Origin: an uncultured archaeon | Lineage (GTDB): Archaea > Nanohalarchaeota > Nanosalinia > Nanosalinales > Nanosalinaceae | NCBI GenBank assembly: GCA_964421955.1 | Contig: CAYQYU010000013.1 | Coordinates: forward strand, 1 to 28,164 | Direction of reading: 5' to 3' | DNA length: 28,164 nucleotides | In this document: positions 8,018 through 17,948 of the stretch, piece by piece | Position numbering within the stretch: position 1 is the stretch's first letter | Layout: every line of letters begins with the position of its first letter | Notes under the pieces: generated by a model | Databases searched by the model: none | Told to the model about the DNA's origin: nothing | What the model saw: the letters and a program-made list of their open reading frames with translations, nothing else | Program-made: the position numbers and the translations under genes

Positions 8018-10282
8018 TTACCTGACCTCTTCCACTTCGGTTAACCCGGTCTCGGTTCCCTTCTTCTCGAACTGGTAAAGTTTTCCCGTGGCCGCCGCTT
8101 CAAGTGCCGGGTCGTGCGTCACAAGGAAGAGCTGGTTGATCAATCCAGAGGCGCGCTCCCTTAAAGTTTCCGCAAGTTCTTCGACCGCGGAGGAGTCCAG
8201 GTTGTGGGTCGGCTCATCGAGAATCAGCAGCTGGAGCTTTGGCGATAACGCAAACGTGAGTGCGAGCCTCATTACAAGTGCTGCGGAGTGACGTTCCCCG
8301 CCGGAGACTTCCGCCTCGGCCGAGATCCAGCTGTTCTCGCTGTCAAGCAACTGGAGCAGGTATCCCTCCTCAGCGTTCAGTCGTATCGAGTAGTAGTCGT
8401 CGTAGGGATATACCTGCGTCCATATCCTGTCCATGAGATCGTTCAGTCTCTTGACGAAACGCTCCCGTAGAGTTACCTGGGTGTCTTCCAGCGCAATCCT
8501 GTAGTCGTGTACGAAGTCAAGCAGTCTGTCCGTGTTTTCGACATCTTTCTCCAGCTTCTCGAGTTTTTCCTGCTGCTTCTCCATCTGTTCCAGCCGTTTG
8601 TTCTTCTCTTCAAGCAGTTCTTCCCGCGATTTCCTGGTATTCTTCTTCACGGACCTCCGCTCGCGAATCTCGGAGAGATTCTCCCGGACCTCCTCGATCT
8701 CTTCTTCATCAAACTCGATCTCTTCAATTTCTTCTTCCGCTTTTTCTATCTTCTCATCAAGCACATCTTTCTTCTCTTCAAGTTCGTTGAGTTCCAAGGC
8801 CTCCTCCAGCCGCTCAATTTTTTTCTCCAGATCATCCGTCCTGTCTTCAGAATAGTCCTTTTCAAGCTCTTCTTTCTCCTCCTGGATTTCTTCCAGGCTT
8901 TCCTCAATATCTTCGAGCTTCTCTTGCTTCTTCTCGAGCCGTTCCTCCGACTTCTGGTACTGCATCAGCTCGTCACGCTTCTCCTCCAGCTCTTCCTGTT
9001 TATCGATAAGTTTTTCGAGCTTCTCCCTCAGCTCTTTCTCTTTGTTTTTTATGCCCTCAACCTTCTCCTTCCTCTCGTTGAAAAGCTCTTCCCGGTGTTT
9101 TTCATCCAGCTCCTGGCCGCAGGTCGGGCATTCACCGTCCGCATCTTTCAGCGTCTTCACGCTCTCGATGATGTTCTGTCGCTCCGCGTAGAGTTTGTTG
9201 CCGCGCTCCTTAACTTCTTCGACATTATCCGATACCTCGTCCAGTTCTTCATCTATCTCTTCAAGCTCTTCGAGCCTCTCCACCTCTTCTTCAAGTTCTT
9301 CTATGTCTTCCCACAGTTCCTTCCTGTTCTCTTCTTTGAGTTCCAGCTTCTGCTCCAGTCTTTCGATCTTTTCTCTTTTCGCCTCCATCTCTTCGAGTTC
9401 TTCTCTAGTGTCCTCCAGACGCTGTTCGACGTTTTCAATATCTTTGACTTTCTCCAGGATTTCTTCCAGCTCTTCCTTGACCGCTTCTTTCCTGGCCTCC
9501 AGACGTGTGATCTTCTCTTTTACCTTTTCCTGTTTCTCCTTCTTCCCCTCGAGTTCTTCCAGCCGCTCTTCATGTTTCTCCCTTGAATCTTCAAGCTCCT
9601 CGATCTCGTCTTCCAGCTCTTCAAGTTCTTCCTCTGTCTCTGCTATCTCGTCTTCCAATTCCTCGAGTTCGTCCCGGTCAAAGTCGTCCTCCAGGTCGGA
9701 GAGCTCATCCTGCTTCTGCTTCATCTTGTCCTTCAGCCGGTTTTCCACCTTTACCGTTGTCTGGCGGGCGTCCTCGAACCGGTCAAGCTTCAGCAACTCG
9801 TCGATCTTTTCCTTCCGGTCGCCGGGCCGCATCTCGAGGAACAGGTCGAGTTTGTTCTGTTCCGCGTAGATCGCCCGGGTAAAAGACCTGAAGTCCATTC
9901 CCAGGATTTTCTCGACCTGTTCTGTAACTTCCTGGGTGGAGGGTGCCTCGAGCAGCTCGCCGCTTTTCCTCAACTCACTCCTCCTGGTGCCTGATCCTCT
10001 TTCAATTTCTCTTTCAACGGTGTATTCATCTCCATCGAGTTCGAGCCAGACCTTCACCCGTGCTTCAGAAGCCTCTGAAGGGGTGCGTCTTATGGCGTCA
10101 TCGAGCGTGATCTCTCGCGACTTCAGGGAGGGTGTAGTTCCATAGAGACCGAAGGTTAATGCCTCTAGCACGGAGGACTTGCCGGAGCCCATTGTCCCTA
10201 TCAAAGCGTTCACCCCATCGGAGAACTCCAGAGTGGTTTCGTGGTGGGACTTCCAGTTCTCCAGCTCTATCCGCTTTATCAT
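8018..10282 (-). CDS. rad50: Rad50 DNA double-strand break repair ATPase
   Basis: Walker A GTMGSGKSS, long coiled coil, zinc hook CPTCG, signature VSGGE, Walker B LLILDEPT, VTH. Start overlaps the mre11 stop (ATGA). Confidence 0.96.
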   Translation of the reverse strand: MIKRIELENWKSHHETTLEFSDGVNALIGTMGSGKSSVLEALTFGLYGTTPSLKSREITLDDAIRRTPSEASEARVKVWLELDGDEYTVEREIERGSGTRRSELRKSGELLEAPSTQEVTEQVEKILGMDFRSFTRAIYAEQNKLDLFLEMRPGDRKEKIDELLKLDRFEDARQTTVKVENRLKDKMKQKQDELSDLEDDFDRDELEELEDEIAETEEELEELEDEIEELEDSREKHEERLEELEGKKEKQEKVKEKITRLEARKEAVKEELEEILEKVKDIENVEQRLEDTREELEEMEAKREKIERLEQKLELKEENRKELWEDIEELEEEVERLEELEEIDEELDEVSDNVEEVKERGNKLYAERQNIIESVKTLKDADGECPTCGQELDEKHREELFNERKEKVEGIKNKEKELREKLEKLIDKQEELEEKRDELMQYQKSEERLEKKQEKLEDIEESLEEIQEEKEELEKDYSEDRTDDLEKKIERLEEALELNELEEKKDVLDEKIEKAEEEIEEIEFDEEEIEEVRENLSEIRERRSVKKNTRKSREELLEEKNKRLEQMEKQQEKLEKLEKDVENTDRLLDFVHDYRIALEDTQVTLRERFVKRLNDLMDRIWTQVYPYDDYYSIRLNAEEGYLLQLLDSENSWISAEAEVSGGERHSAALVMRLALTFALSPKLQLLILDEPTHNLDSSAVEELAETLRERASGLINQLFLVTHDPALEAAATGKLYQFEKKGTETGLTEVEEVR

Positions 10283-11430
10283 CCAATTTCCTGCCTCAGC
10301 ATCTTCATCGCCTGTGAGGAGTTTCCGTCCACAAGCAGCTCGAAAAGCTCGTCGATGTCGATTCCGAGATCCGTGTCAAGTTTATCCTCGAGAACCTCGC
10401 GGCCTTCCTCCACTGCGTCGACTTCCTGGATTTTTGCGCTACCAGAGTCCTGGGAGACAGAAGAGTTCACGTTCAGGAACATATCGTCCCTGAAAATCTG
10501 CTTCAGCTCCCGCGGATTGACACGTGAGGAGGTTTCGCCAGTTATCTTCAGGTTGACAAGCGGCTTCTTGTTGCCTGAGATTTTCTCGAGTTTCTCAACC
10601 GCGCGGTCCTTCACCTTGCTCCACGGCTCATCCTCAACCTTGAGTTCGATGTAGTGGACATCGCGCGGCCTATCTAGTTCGACAAACTCTAGTTCCTCTT
10701 TCTCAGTATCCAGTCTCAGGAAACCCTTGCCCTTCTCGGCCTCGATCTTCCTCATCTGTGTAGTAACTGTAGAACCCGGCAGCACCAGTGGTTTTTTGCC
10801 TGGAAACCTGTCGAGGTTGTACCAGTGGATATGGCCGTTAACTATCAGGTCAAAGCCTCCTGGTAAGTCCTCGAGGGTGAGGTAGTCCTGGTCCTCTGGA
10901 GTATAGACAAAGCCCTCGATCGACTGGTGAAGCACTAGAATGTTGAACGCGTCTTCAACCGGCTCGGGGTCAAATTTTTCGAGAACCTTCGGCGCATACT
11001 TTTCCGGGACGCCACCCATACCGTGGACCGCGACCTTCTCTCCGTCCTTTTCAAATACTATGCGGTCGTTGTTGAGGTGGTAGAGATGTCCAGTTCTCGA
11101 CATAAGCTCTATGGGATTGGTGTAGCTCGAGGGCCGGCGTTCATGTGTCCCGTGGATGGCCACCGCGGGAATACCCTCGCCGTGCATACCAAGGTCCCGG
11201 TCCGCTTTAACGTTTCTTTCTCCCTCCATCGCGATCGATAGTACTTCTGCAGCGCGATCCAGCACCTCCTGCTTCGGTATCTTCCTGTCGAAGATGTCGC
11301 CGGGGAGAATAACCAGGTCGGCGTCCAGACTCTCTTCAAAAGCCTCCTTTGCGTTCTCGAAAGCGTCTTCTCCGCGTTCCTCTCCCCATTTGTAGCCGAA
11401 GTGGGTGTCACTGATTATAGAAATTTTCAT
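10279..11430 (-). CDS. mre11: Mre11 nuclease
   Basis: Phosphoesterase motifs SDTHFG, GDIFD, HGTHE, LHQ, GHIH, PGS; coupled to rad50. Confidence 0.95.
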   Translation of the reverse strand: MKISIISDTHFGYKWGEERGEDAFENAKEAFEESLDADLVILPGDIFDRKIPKQEVLDRAAEVLSIAMEGERNVKADRDLGMHGEGIPAVAIHGTHERRPSSYTNPIELMSRTGHLYHLNNDRIVFEKDGEKVAVHGMGGVPEKYAPKVLEKFDPEPVEDAFNILVLHQSIEGFVYTPEDQDYLTLEDLPGGFDLIVNGHIHWYNLDRFPGKKPLVLPGSTVTTQMRKIEAEKGKGFLRLDTEKEELEFVELDRPRDVHYIELKVEDEPWSKVKDRAVEKLEKISGNKKPLVNLKITGETSSRVNPRELKQIFRDDMFLNVNSSVSQDSGSAKIQEVDAVEEGREVLEDKLDTDLGIDIDELFELLVDGNSSQAMKMLRQEIG

Positions 11431-11480
11431 CTATAAGTACGAGGTCGATAAAATCTTTTATCTGTGCCGTATAACCTCTT

Positions 11481-12035
11481 TCAGCGCAACTCTTTGCCGT
11501 CACTGAGGCGCTGAGCTGTCATCAGCCCGGTGTCCGGTATGACATAGGCATCTTCGAACTCCACAAGCGCGGGCTTTGCCCGGGCAAAGTACTCCGCCTT
11601 TTCCACCCGGTCGTCGAAGATAAAACCGGGAACGTAGTTCAGGTTATACTTCTGTATAAGTTCCTGGCCCCGCTCGCTTTGATAATCTACTTCTTCGTAA
11701 CGGGCGTTGAACATCCTGTCTGTTGTGTTGATGAAACGTCCGTAGGAACAGTTTTCACATGTCACGACGGTTACAGGCACTTCAACCCGGTGGTCGAGTG
11801 ACTGCCAGTACATGAATCCTGAAAGGGCGAGCCCGGAGATCAGCAGTCCGAGAACCAGTCCCATGAAGAACGACATGTTCAGGAATCTCCTAAGACTGGC
11901 TATCTGCGCCGGTACCTGGAGACCTTCTTCCAGTGGTTTTACCGGTCCCGAGTGCTCGATCCTGGCGTGTTCCTGGAGAAGCTCGTCAGTACTAAAGTTT
12001 TTGCCACATTTCGGACACTGGTGCTCCTCCGCCAT
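11481..12035 (-). CDS. Membrane protein with N-terminal C2H2 zinc finger and a CxxC (thioredoxin-like) domain after the TM helix
   Basis: CPKCGKNFSTDELLQEHARIEH; one TM segment; CENC followed by ...KYNLNYVPGFIFD, a thioredoxin-like cis-Pro loop pattern. Confidence 0.7.
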   Translation of the reverse strand: MAEEHQCPKCGKNFSTDELLQEHARIEHSGPVKPLEEGLQVPAQIASLRRFLNMSFFMGLVLGLLISGLALSGFMYWQSLDHRVEVPVTVVTCENCSYGRFINTTDRMFNARYEEVDYQSERGQELIQKYNLNYVPGFIFDDRVEKAEYFARAKPALVEFEDAYVIPDTGLMTAQRLSDGKELR

Positions 12036-12148
12036 GTAAAAACAAGTTGTTAACGGGGTTAAAACAAGTTTCCCTCTTCACCAGTATCTTTCTTTGGATG
12101 CGTTTCTCTACGCGAATACAGTTAACAGAGGAACAAGACTTTTGAGAT

Positions 12149-12874
12149 GTGGAGATGGATGATAACTACGATCTTGAGGATTTTGCCCGTGAAGAGCGGC
12201 TGGCAGTAGAAGTTGAGATCGACAGGGAGAAAGGATACCTAATGATGCTCGGTGTGAGTTTTGACTGGGGCCGGGCAGATGAGGTAATGGATTTTTACCG
12301 CCAGTTCGGCGGATCACTGAAGAAAGAGGGCATTACCACATATGGTAACTCGGATTCTGCGCGGCAGGAGGTTATGGAGGACGATATTATGGGAGTATAC
12401 AGGGACGGTGAATGGGCTGTCGATACCTTCAACATACTGGGTAAGATACGTGACGTGGGCAATACCATGCTCCCTGGAAGAACTGCCGACTATATCAGTG
12501 CCGCAACCCTGGAGGCGGTATCGCTCGCCCAGGAATCCAGGCCGCACCCAGAGGGCTACAGTTTTTACTGGAAAATAATTCAGGAGCTCAAGATCGATGA
12601 AGATCCTGTGGAAACATCTTTCTCTGGGAAAGAACCAGTGGAGATTGAGGTTGAAGAAGAATATGAGATAAACTATGAAGAGATCGTTGCGGGAAGCATT
12701 CCCGAGATCCGGGAAGATCTGGTTCGCCTGGAAGAGGAGGGAAAGCTTGACTCGGGAGATATCGAGGCAATACTGGAGGCGGATAGAGAGCGTCCCGGAG
12801 GCGAGAGGGTGACGCTTGAGTCACGGCTCAGGAGGGAGCTGCCCGGGGAATACTTCCAGGAAGAAGATAGTTAG
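12149..12874 (+). CDS. Hypothetical acidic protein with small C-terminal helical module
   Basis: 241-aa acidic ORF filling the intergenic space. C-terminal YEEIVAGSIPEIRE...IEAILEADRE...RVTL resembles a short helical module seen in halophilic archaeal proteins (from memory). Confidence 0.7.
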   Translation: MEMDDNYDLEDFAREERLAVEVEIDREKGYLMMLGVSFDWGRADEVMDFYRQFGGSLKKEGITTYGNSDSARQEVMEDDIMGVYRDGEWAVDTFNILGKIRDVGNTMLPGRTADYISAATLEAVSLAQESRPHPEGYSFYWKIIQELKIDEDPVETSFSGKEPVEIEVEEEYEINYEEIVAGSIPEIREDLVRLEEEGKLDSGDIEAILEADRERPGGERVTLESRLRRELPGEYFQEEDS

Positions 12875-12960
12875 AATTCTTTGTTTCCGCGGTTAGGCAG
12901 CTGGAAAGTTTCAAAACCTTGAAATAAGTAGCCGTTGCTTGGTTCTACAGGAGAATACAC

Positions 12961-14421
12961 ATGTCCCAAGAACTTGGAATAACTGCGAGCAAGGATAAAG
13001 ACCCGTCGGAATGGTACACCCAGGTAGTGCAGAAGGCAGACCTGGCGGACTATGCGCCTGTGAAGGGCTGCATGATAATAAAGCCGTACGGTATGAAGCT
13101 GTGGGAGTCGATAAAAGAAACTTTTAACGAGAAGATAGAGGACGAAGTTGACCCTGTCTACTTCCCGATGTTCATCCCGGAATCGCTGCTCGATAAAGAG
13201 GAAGAGATAGTCGAGGGCTTCGGCCTTGAAGTGGCATGGGTCGAGCAGGAACAGGAAGAGCAGGAGGAAAGAATCGCGCTCAGACCTACCTCGGAATCCA
13301 TAATATCCGACTACATGGGCAAATGGATCCGCTCCCATCGTGACTTGCCGCTGAGATTGAATCAGTGGGCAAATATTGTGCGGTGGGAAATATCCGACAC
13401 TCGACCTTTCTTGAGAACAAGGGAGTTCCTCTGGCAGGAAGGGCACACCGCCCATAAAAACGATGAGAACGCGACTGAGGAGGCGATGAAGAGGCTTGAG
13501 CAGTACCGCGAAGTGGTCGAGGAACACCTTGGAATACCATCGATACTTGGATACAAGCCGGAGCACGACAAGTTTCCGGGCGCAAAGTTCACAACCACGA
13601 TAGAGACTCTGATGCCTGACGGAAAATCGATCCAGTCTGGCACCTCGCACAACCTCGGCCAGCACTTCGCGGAGGCATTTGACATAAGGTATGAAGATGA
13701 GAATGCGGAGAATCAGACCTGCTACACCACCTCGTGGGGCATCTCCACCCGTCTTATTGGAGCGCTGATCATGGCCCACGGCGACAACAGCGGTCTCCGT
13801 TTACCTCCTTCTATTGCACCTACCCAGGTCGCGATAGTGCCTATCTACGATGAAGATACCCGGGAAGAAGTCCTCGACTACTGCGAGGATGTCGAGTTTG
13901 AAGTTGACTTTCGGACAGAAGTCGACGACCGCGACCACCGTACGCCTGGTTACAAGTTCAACGAGTGGGAGCTTAAAGGCGTGCCGCTGAGACTGGAAGT
14001 AGGAACCAACGAGGTTGAATCCGGAACTGTTACTGCGGTGAGAAGGGACACGAGGGAAAAGGAAGAGATTGAACTGGATGGGCTTGCCGACCAGGTGACT
14101 GGACTCATGGACGAGATCCAGGACTCGCTTTTCGAAGAGCTTGAGGATTACCTGGAGGAGAATGTCCGTGAAGCGGAATCGGAGCAGGAGATTCTCGGCA
14201 CCATAGGAAAGTCTTGCGGGTATGTCAAGGCGCGCTGGTGCGGAAGAGAAAAGTGCGAGACCAGGATCAAGGATGAAGTCGCCGCGGAAATCGTTGTTCT
14301 GCCTTTCCAGGAGGATTCGAAGCCGGAAACGCTTCAGGAAGAAAGCGAGCATATTGAAGGCGAATGCGCGGTATGTGGAGAGGACGCAAAGCGATGGGCG
14401 TACTTCGCAAAGAACTACTAG
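12961..14421 (+). CDS. proS: Proline--tRNA ligase (archaeal/eukaryotic type)
   Basis: RPTSE, RWE...RPFLRTREFLWQEGHT, GTSHNLGQHF, SWGISTR, PGYKFNEWELKGVPLR, C-terminal Cys domain, ends FAKNY. Confidence 0.97.
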   Translation: MSQELGITASKDKDPSEWYTQVVQKADLADYAPVKGCMIIKPYGMKLWESIKETFNEKIEDEVDPVYFPMFIPESLLDKEEEIVEGFGLEVAWVEQEQEEQEERIALRPTSESIISDYMGKWIRSHRDLPLRLNQWANIVRWEISDTRPFLRTREFLWQEGHTAHKNDENATEEAMKRLEQYREVVEEHLGIPSILGYKPEHDKFPGAKFTTTIETLMPDGKSIQSGTSHNLGQHFAEAFDIRYEDENAENQTCYTTSWGISTRLIGALIMAHGDNSGLRLPPSIAPTQVAIVPIYDEDTREEVLDYCEDVEFEVDFRTEVDDRDHRTPGYKFNEWELKGVPLRLEVGTNEVESGTVTAVRRDTREKEEIELDGLADQVTGLMDEIQDSLFEELEDYLEENVREAESEQEILGTIGKSCGYVKARWCGREKCETRIKDEVAAEIVVLPFQEDSKPETLQEESEHIEGECAVCGEDAKRWAYFAKNY

Positions 14422-14560
14422 CGTGGTTCCTTACTCAGGCCTCTCGTCTCGGCAAAAAGCCAGGCTTTGCGAAAACTTACTGACGTAATTTTTCTTTGAG
14501 TGTCACAGGATGGACAGGTCCTACCTATTCTTATTTAATTTTAGTTACGAAGTACTGTAT

Positions 14561-14848
14561 ATGTCCGTTAGTGTGGAGGATATCCTTGAAGCGGAAGAAG
14601 ACATTGAATCGTTTCAAAACCGGCTTGATAGTGATTTCAATATTCTGAGTGAAAGAGGGCCTTTCAGGAGTTTATCCAGTTCACAGGTGCTGGTCTACAC
14701 TTTTGAGATAGAGGGTAACTATAACGCCATAGCTGTCGAATACGAGGGAGATGAAATAGTGGACACGAGAAGCTATAACAGCCGTAATCACGCTCTTGAG
14801 GAGGAGATTCCGGATTCAGTGCAGATGAAGGTGCCGGATAACCCGTAA
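14561..14848 (+). CDS. Small hypothetical acidic protein
   Basis: Likely start ATG 14561, about 25 nt after TTATTTAA (leaderless pattern); acidic composition. Confidence 0.6.
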   Translation: MSVSVEDILEAEEDIESFQNRLDSDFNILSERGPFRSLSSSQVLVYTFEIEGNYNAIAVEYEGDEIVDTRSYNSRNHALEEEIPDSVQMKVPDNP

Positions 14849-14933
14849 TCTGTGCTGCGCAACACCTATTTAAATCTGGGAGGTCAATCTAGGCATAGCT
14901 GGTTTTTGAGGCCGTTTTTCTGGTGACATTGAT

Positions 14934-15575
14934 ATGCAGAATACAGAAGAAACAAAGGACATGAAGAAGTTTGAAACCGGAACCACGACAGTCGCGCTTA
15001 CGACCGAGGCAGGAGTAATAATGGCCGCAGACCGCAGGGCGTCGATGGGGCGGCTCACGGCCTCGAAGTATGCGAAGAAGATCTATGAACTCGATGACCA
15101 GATCGGACTCACTATCGCAGGTAGCGTGGGAGATGCACAGAAGATAGTCAGGACGATGCGTTCCCAGCTCAACCTCCACAAGCTCGAGACCAAGGAGCTA
15201 TCGGTTAAAGGTGCTGGAACGCTTCTCGCGAACATCCTTCACGGCCACAAGATGATGCCGTTCTTCAACCAGTTCGTCCTCGGCGGAATGAACAGTGACG
15301 GAGGAGTCCTCTACGACCTCGATCCTGCGGGCGGACTCATGAAGCACGAGAAGTTCACCTCCACGGGCTCTGGCTCGCAGATGGCCTACGGGCTGCTCGA
15401 GGACAACTACGAGGAGGGAATGGACCACGAGGATGGCAAGGATCTCGCGGTCAGGGCGGTACAGTCCGCGATGGAGCGTGACACTGCATCCGGGAACGGT
15501 ATCATGGTTGCCGAGATCACGGAAGACGGCTTCGAAGTCCTGGAGGAAAAGGAAGTGGAATCCCGGCTGGTCTAA
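14934..15575 (+). CDS. psmB: Proteasome beta subunit
   Basis: Propeptide ending ETG|TTTV, AADRRAS, AGSVGDAQ, TGSGS, RDTASG; SD GGTGA. Confidence 0.97.
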   Translation: MQNTEETKDMKKFETGTTTVALTTEAGVIMAADRRASMGRLTASKYAKKIYELDDQIGLTIAGSVGDAQKIVRTMRSQLNLHKLETKELSVKGAGTLLANILHGHKMMPFFNQFVLGGMNSDGGVLYDLDPAGGLMKHEKFTSTGSGSQMAYGLLEDNYEEGMDHEDGKDLAVRAVQSAMERDTASGNGIMVAEITEDGFEVLEEKEVESRLV

Positions 15576-15611
15576 TTCTGAGAAAAATATCATATTAGAA
15601 GGTAGAACCAT

Positions 15612-17489
15612 ATGGAAGAACTTGAAGATGTAAAAGAACTTTTACCACCGAATGCACAGGTTGAAGACCTGCGTTTCGAGGCGTCGGACGTGGTCATATA
15701 CACCTCGTCGAAGGAATTCTTCCTCGACAACGCGGACACGGTGAAGAAGCTCGTATCCGAACTGAAGAAACGGGTAGAAGTAAGGCCGTCAAGCAAATTA
15801 TTCAAGTCGCCGGAGGCCGCAGAAGAAGCCTTCTACGACCTGGTGGGAGATGAGGCCGGAGTTGAAGAAGTTATATTCCAGCCGTCACTCGGAAAGATGA
15901 TTGTAAGGGCAGAGAAACCCGGAACTGTGATAGGAGAGAATGGTCGCGGACTCGATGAGATCAAGAAAAAGACGCTCTGGGCGCCGCAAGTCGAACGAGT
16001 TCCCGCGATCGACTCAAAGATTGTGGACCGCGCCCGCGAACTGACAGTTGAAGATCCAGAGTTCAGGAAGGACTTCCTGCACGAGGTCGGTAAAAAGATA
16101 AGATTACAGAAATCTGTCGGCGACGAGTGGATCCGTGTATCCTCTCTTGGAGGTTTCAGGCAGGTCGGGCGCTCCTGCGTTTTAGTACAGACAGAGGAGT
16201 CAAACGTCCTCATGGATTGCGGTATCAACCCGAGTGCGGAGCCAGGTGAGCCGGATAACTATCCTTACCTGAATGCGCCGGAGCTGGACCTGCAAGACCT
16301 TGATGCGGTGGTTCTGTCCCACGCACACATGGACCACTGCGGGATGATACCGTACCTCTACAAGATGGGTTACGATGGCCCGCTCTACTGTACTCAACCT
16401 ACCCGGGACCTGATGATAATGCTTACGCTTGACTATATCGGGATCGCGCACTCAGAGAACGCGGATGCACCATATGACTCGAGTGCGATAAAGAAGGCGG
16501 TGAAGAGGACCATAACACCTGGATTCGGGGAAGTAACAGATATTACACCTGATATGCGCCTGACGCTGAAGAACTCGGGCCACATACTCGGGTCTTCCCT
16601 CGTACACCTCCATGTCGGAGAGGGTCTGCACAATATTCTCTACACGGGTGACTACAACTACGACGAGTCAGAGATGCTGAGGCCCGCGGACACCAATTTC
16701 AAGCGCGTTGAAACAATGATAACAGAGTCCACCTATGGCGGGAAAAATGATAAACAACAGCCTCGTGAAGAAGCCCAGAAGAAGTTTTTATCGAAGATCA
16801 AGCAGACTCTCAGCAAGGGAGGGAAGGTTATAGTTCCCGTGTTCGCGGTCGGCCGTTCACAGGAGATACTTGGACTTCTCGCGGACGAGCTTGATCGGGA
16901 TTACTTTGACTACAACGTCTACCTGGACGGTATGATCAACGACGCCAACGCTTTGCACACTGCTTACCCGGAGTTCCTGTCGAAGAAGGTCCAGAAGAAG
17001 ATATTCAAGGACGAGGACTCGCCATTCCTGAAGGACCAGTTGAAGCCGATAGGTTCTCACTCTGAGCGCGAGGACGTTTACGAGGACGGTCCCTGCGTCA
17101 TCCTGACGACCTCGGGTATGCTTACAGGCGGGCCGGTGCTGTCCTACCTGGAACGGCTCGCGGAAGACCCGGAGAACGCTATGATCTTCGTGGGTTACCA
17201 GGCCGCGGGCACCCTCGGGAACAAGATCCAGAAGGGTCGTTCCACGGTCAAGATCAATGGCTCCCGTGTAGATGTCAACCTTGACATCTCAACTGTTGAA
17301 GGTTTCTCCGCCCACAGCGACAGGCAGCAGATAATCAACTTCTCGAAGAACCTGAGGTCGAGTCCGAACCGCGTCCTCACTAACCACGGCGAAGAGAGCA
17401 AGTGCTTCTCTCTTGCATCGACGCTCCACAAGGTGCTCCACATAGATACCTCTGCACCACAGAACCTCGAGGCGACCCGGCTGAACTAG
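15612..17489 (+). CDS. fttA: aCPSF1/FttA (2 KH + beta-CASP ribonuclease, transcription termination factor)
   Basis: KPGTVIG KH motif, LGGFRQVGRSC, HAHMDH, GHILGS, ESTYG, PVFAVGRSQE, FSAHSD, HGE; conserved adjacency to psmB. Confidence 0.95.
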   Translation: MEELEDVKELLPPNAQVEDLRFEASDVVIYTSSKEFFLDNADTVKKLVSELKKRVEVRPSSKLFKSPEAAEEAFYDLVGDEAGVEEVIFQPSLGKMIVRAEKPGTVIGENGRGLDEIKKKTLWAPQVERVPAIDSKIVDRARELTVEDPEFRKDFLHEVGKKIRLQKSVGDEWIRVSSLGGFRQVGRSCVLVQTEESNVLMDCGINPSAEPGEPDNYPYLNAPELDLQDLDAVVLSHAHMDHCGMIPYLYKMGYDGPLYCTQPTRDLMIMLTLDYIGIAHSENADAPYDSSAIKKAVKRTITPGFGEVTDITPDMRLTLKNSGHILGSSLVHLHVGEGLHNILYTGDYNYDESEMLRPADTNFKRVETMITESTYGGKNDKQQPREEAQKKFLSKIKQTLSKGGKVIVPVFAVGRSQEILGLLADELDRDYFDYNVYLDGMINDANALHTAYPEFLSKKVQKKIFKDEDSPFLKDQLKPIGSHSEREDVYEDGPCVILTTSGMLTGGPVLSYLERLAEDPENAMIFVGYQAAGTLGNKIQKGRSTVKINGSRVDVNLDISTVEGFSAHSDRQQIINFSKNLRSSPNRVLTNHGEESKCFSLASTLHKVLHIDTSAPQNLEATRLN

Positions 17490-17622
17490 CTGTAATACAT
17501 TTTAGGTGTTTAGCGGGATTAAGTGCCGTTCTGTAATACCTTCGTATTAATACTGGGGTGTAGCACTCAGGTCATGTTTATAAAGTTGATGCCCTATCTC
17601 CAGCATAGGTTGGGGGTCAAAA

Positions 17623-17913
17623 ATGACAGACGAAGATATCTACGCCGTGGAGTTTCGCCTGACGGGCGACATGGACTTTGCGGATGTCCGGGGAATTGTC
17701 AGGAGCGAGAGGGTGATAGGCTTTGGAAAGACGGTTACTGACTACAAGGATAGGTTTTACACGCTCCAGGAAAGCGCGGAAAGTGTCGAGGAGGATCTGG
17801 ACAGCCAGTTTGTAGAGTACGAGACCACCGACTACAGCCGGGAGGAGTTTGACTCCTGGTACAGTGATCTTGTGGAGTCGGAGAGCATGGCACGCAAGGT
17901 CGCTGCTGACTAG
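17623..17913 (+). CDS. Hypothetical protein
   Basis: 96-aa acidic ORF with GGGGGT SD-like element upstream. Confidence 0.65.
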   Translation: MTDEDIYAVEFRLTGDMDFADVRGIVRSERVIGFGKTVTDYKDRFYTLQESAESVEEDLDSQFVEYETTDYSREEFDSWYSDLVESESMARKVAAD

Positions 17914-17948
17914 AAGCTTTAAACCCTTATGTCTCTATTTTTATTTAC

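Noticed and set aside
8507-9882. Long + strand ORFs (359, 224, 107 aa) rich in Ser/Phe/Leu
   Set aside because: Antisense shadows of the Glu/Lys-rich Rad50 coiled coil.
11140-11160. Mre11 motif III reads GTHE instead of GNHD
   Set aside because: The catalytic His and other metal ligands are retained; likely a lineage variant rather than inactivation.
14449-14470. Hairpin after proS as an intrinsic terminator
   Set aside because: Weak imperfect stem; archaeal termination depends mainly on U-tracts and aCPSF1, so it cannot be supported.
17490-17553. CTGTAATAC repeated twice plus a GTATTAATAC palindrome after aCPSF1
   Set aside because: Short AT-rich matches plausibly arising by chance; no supporting context.
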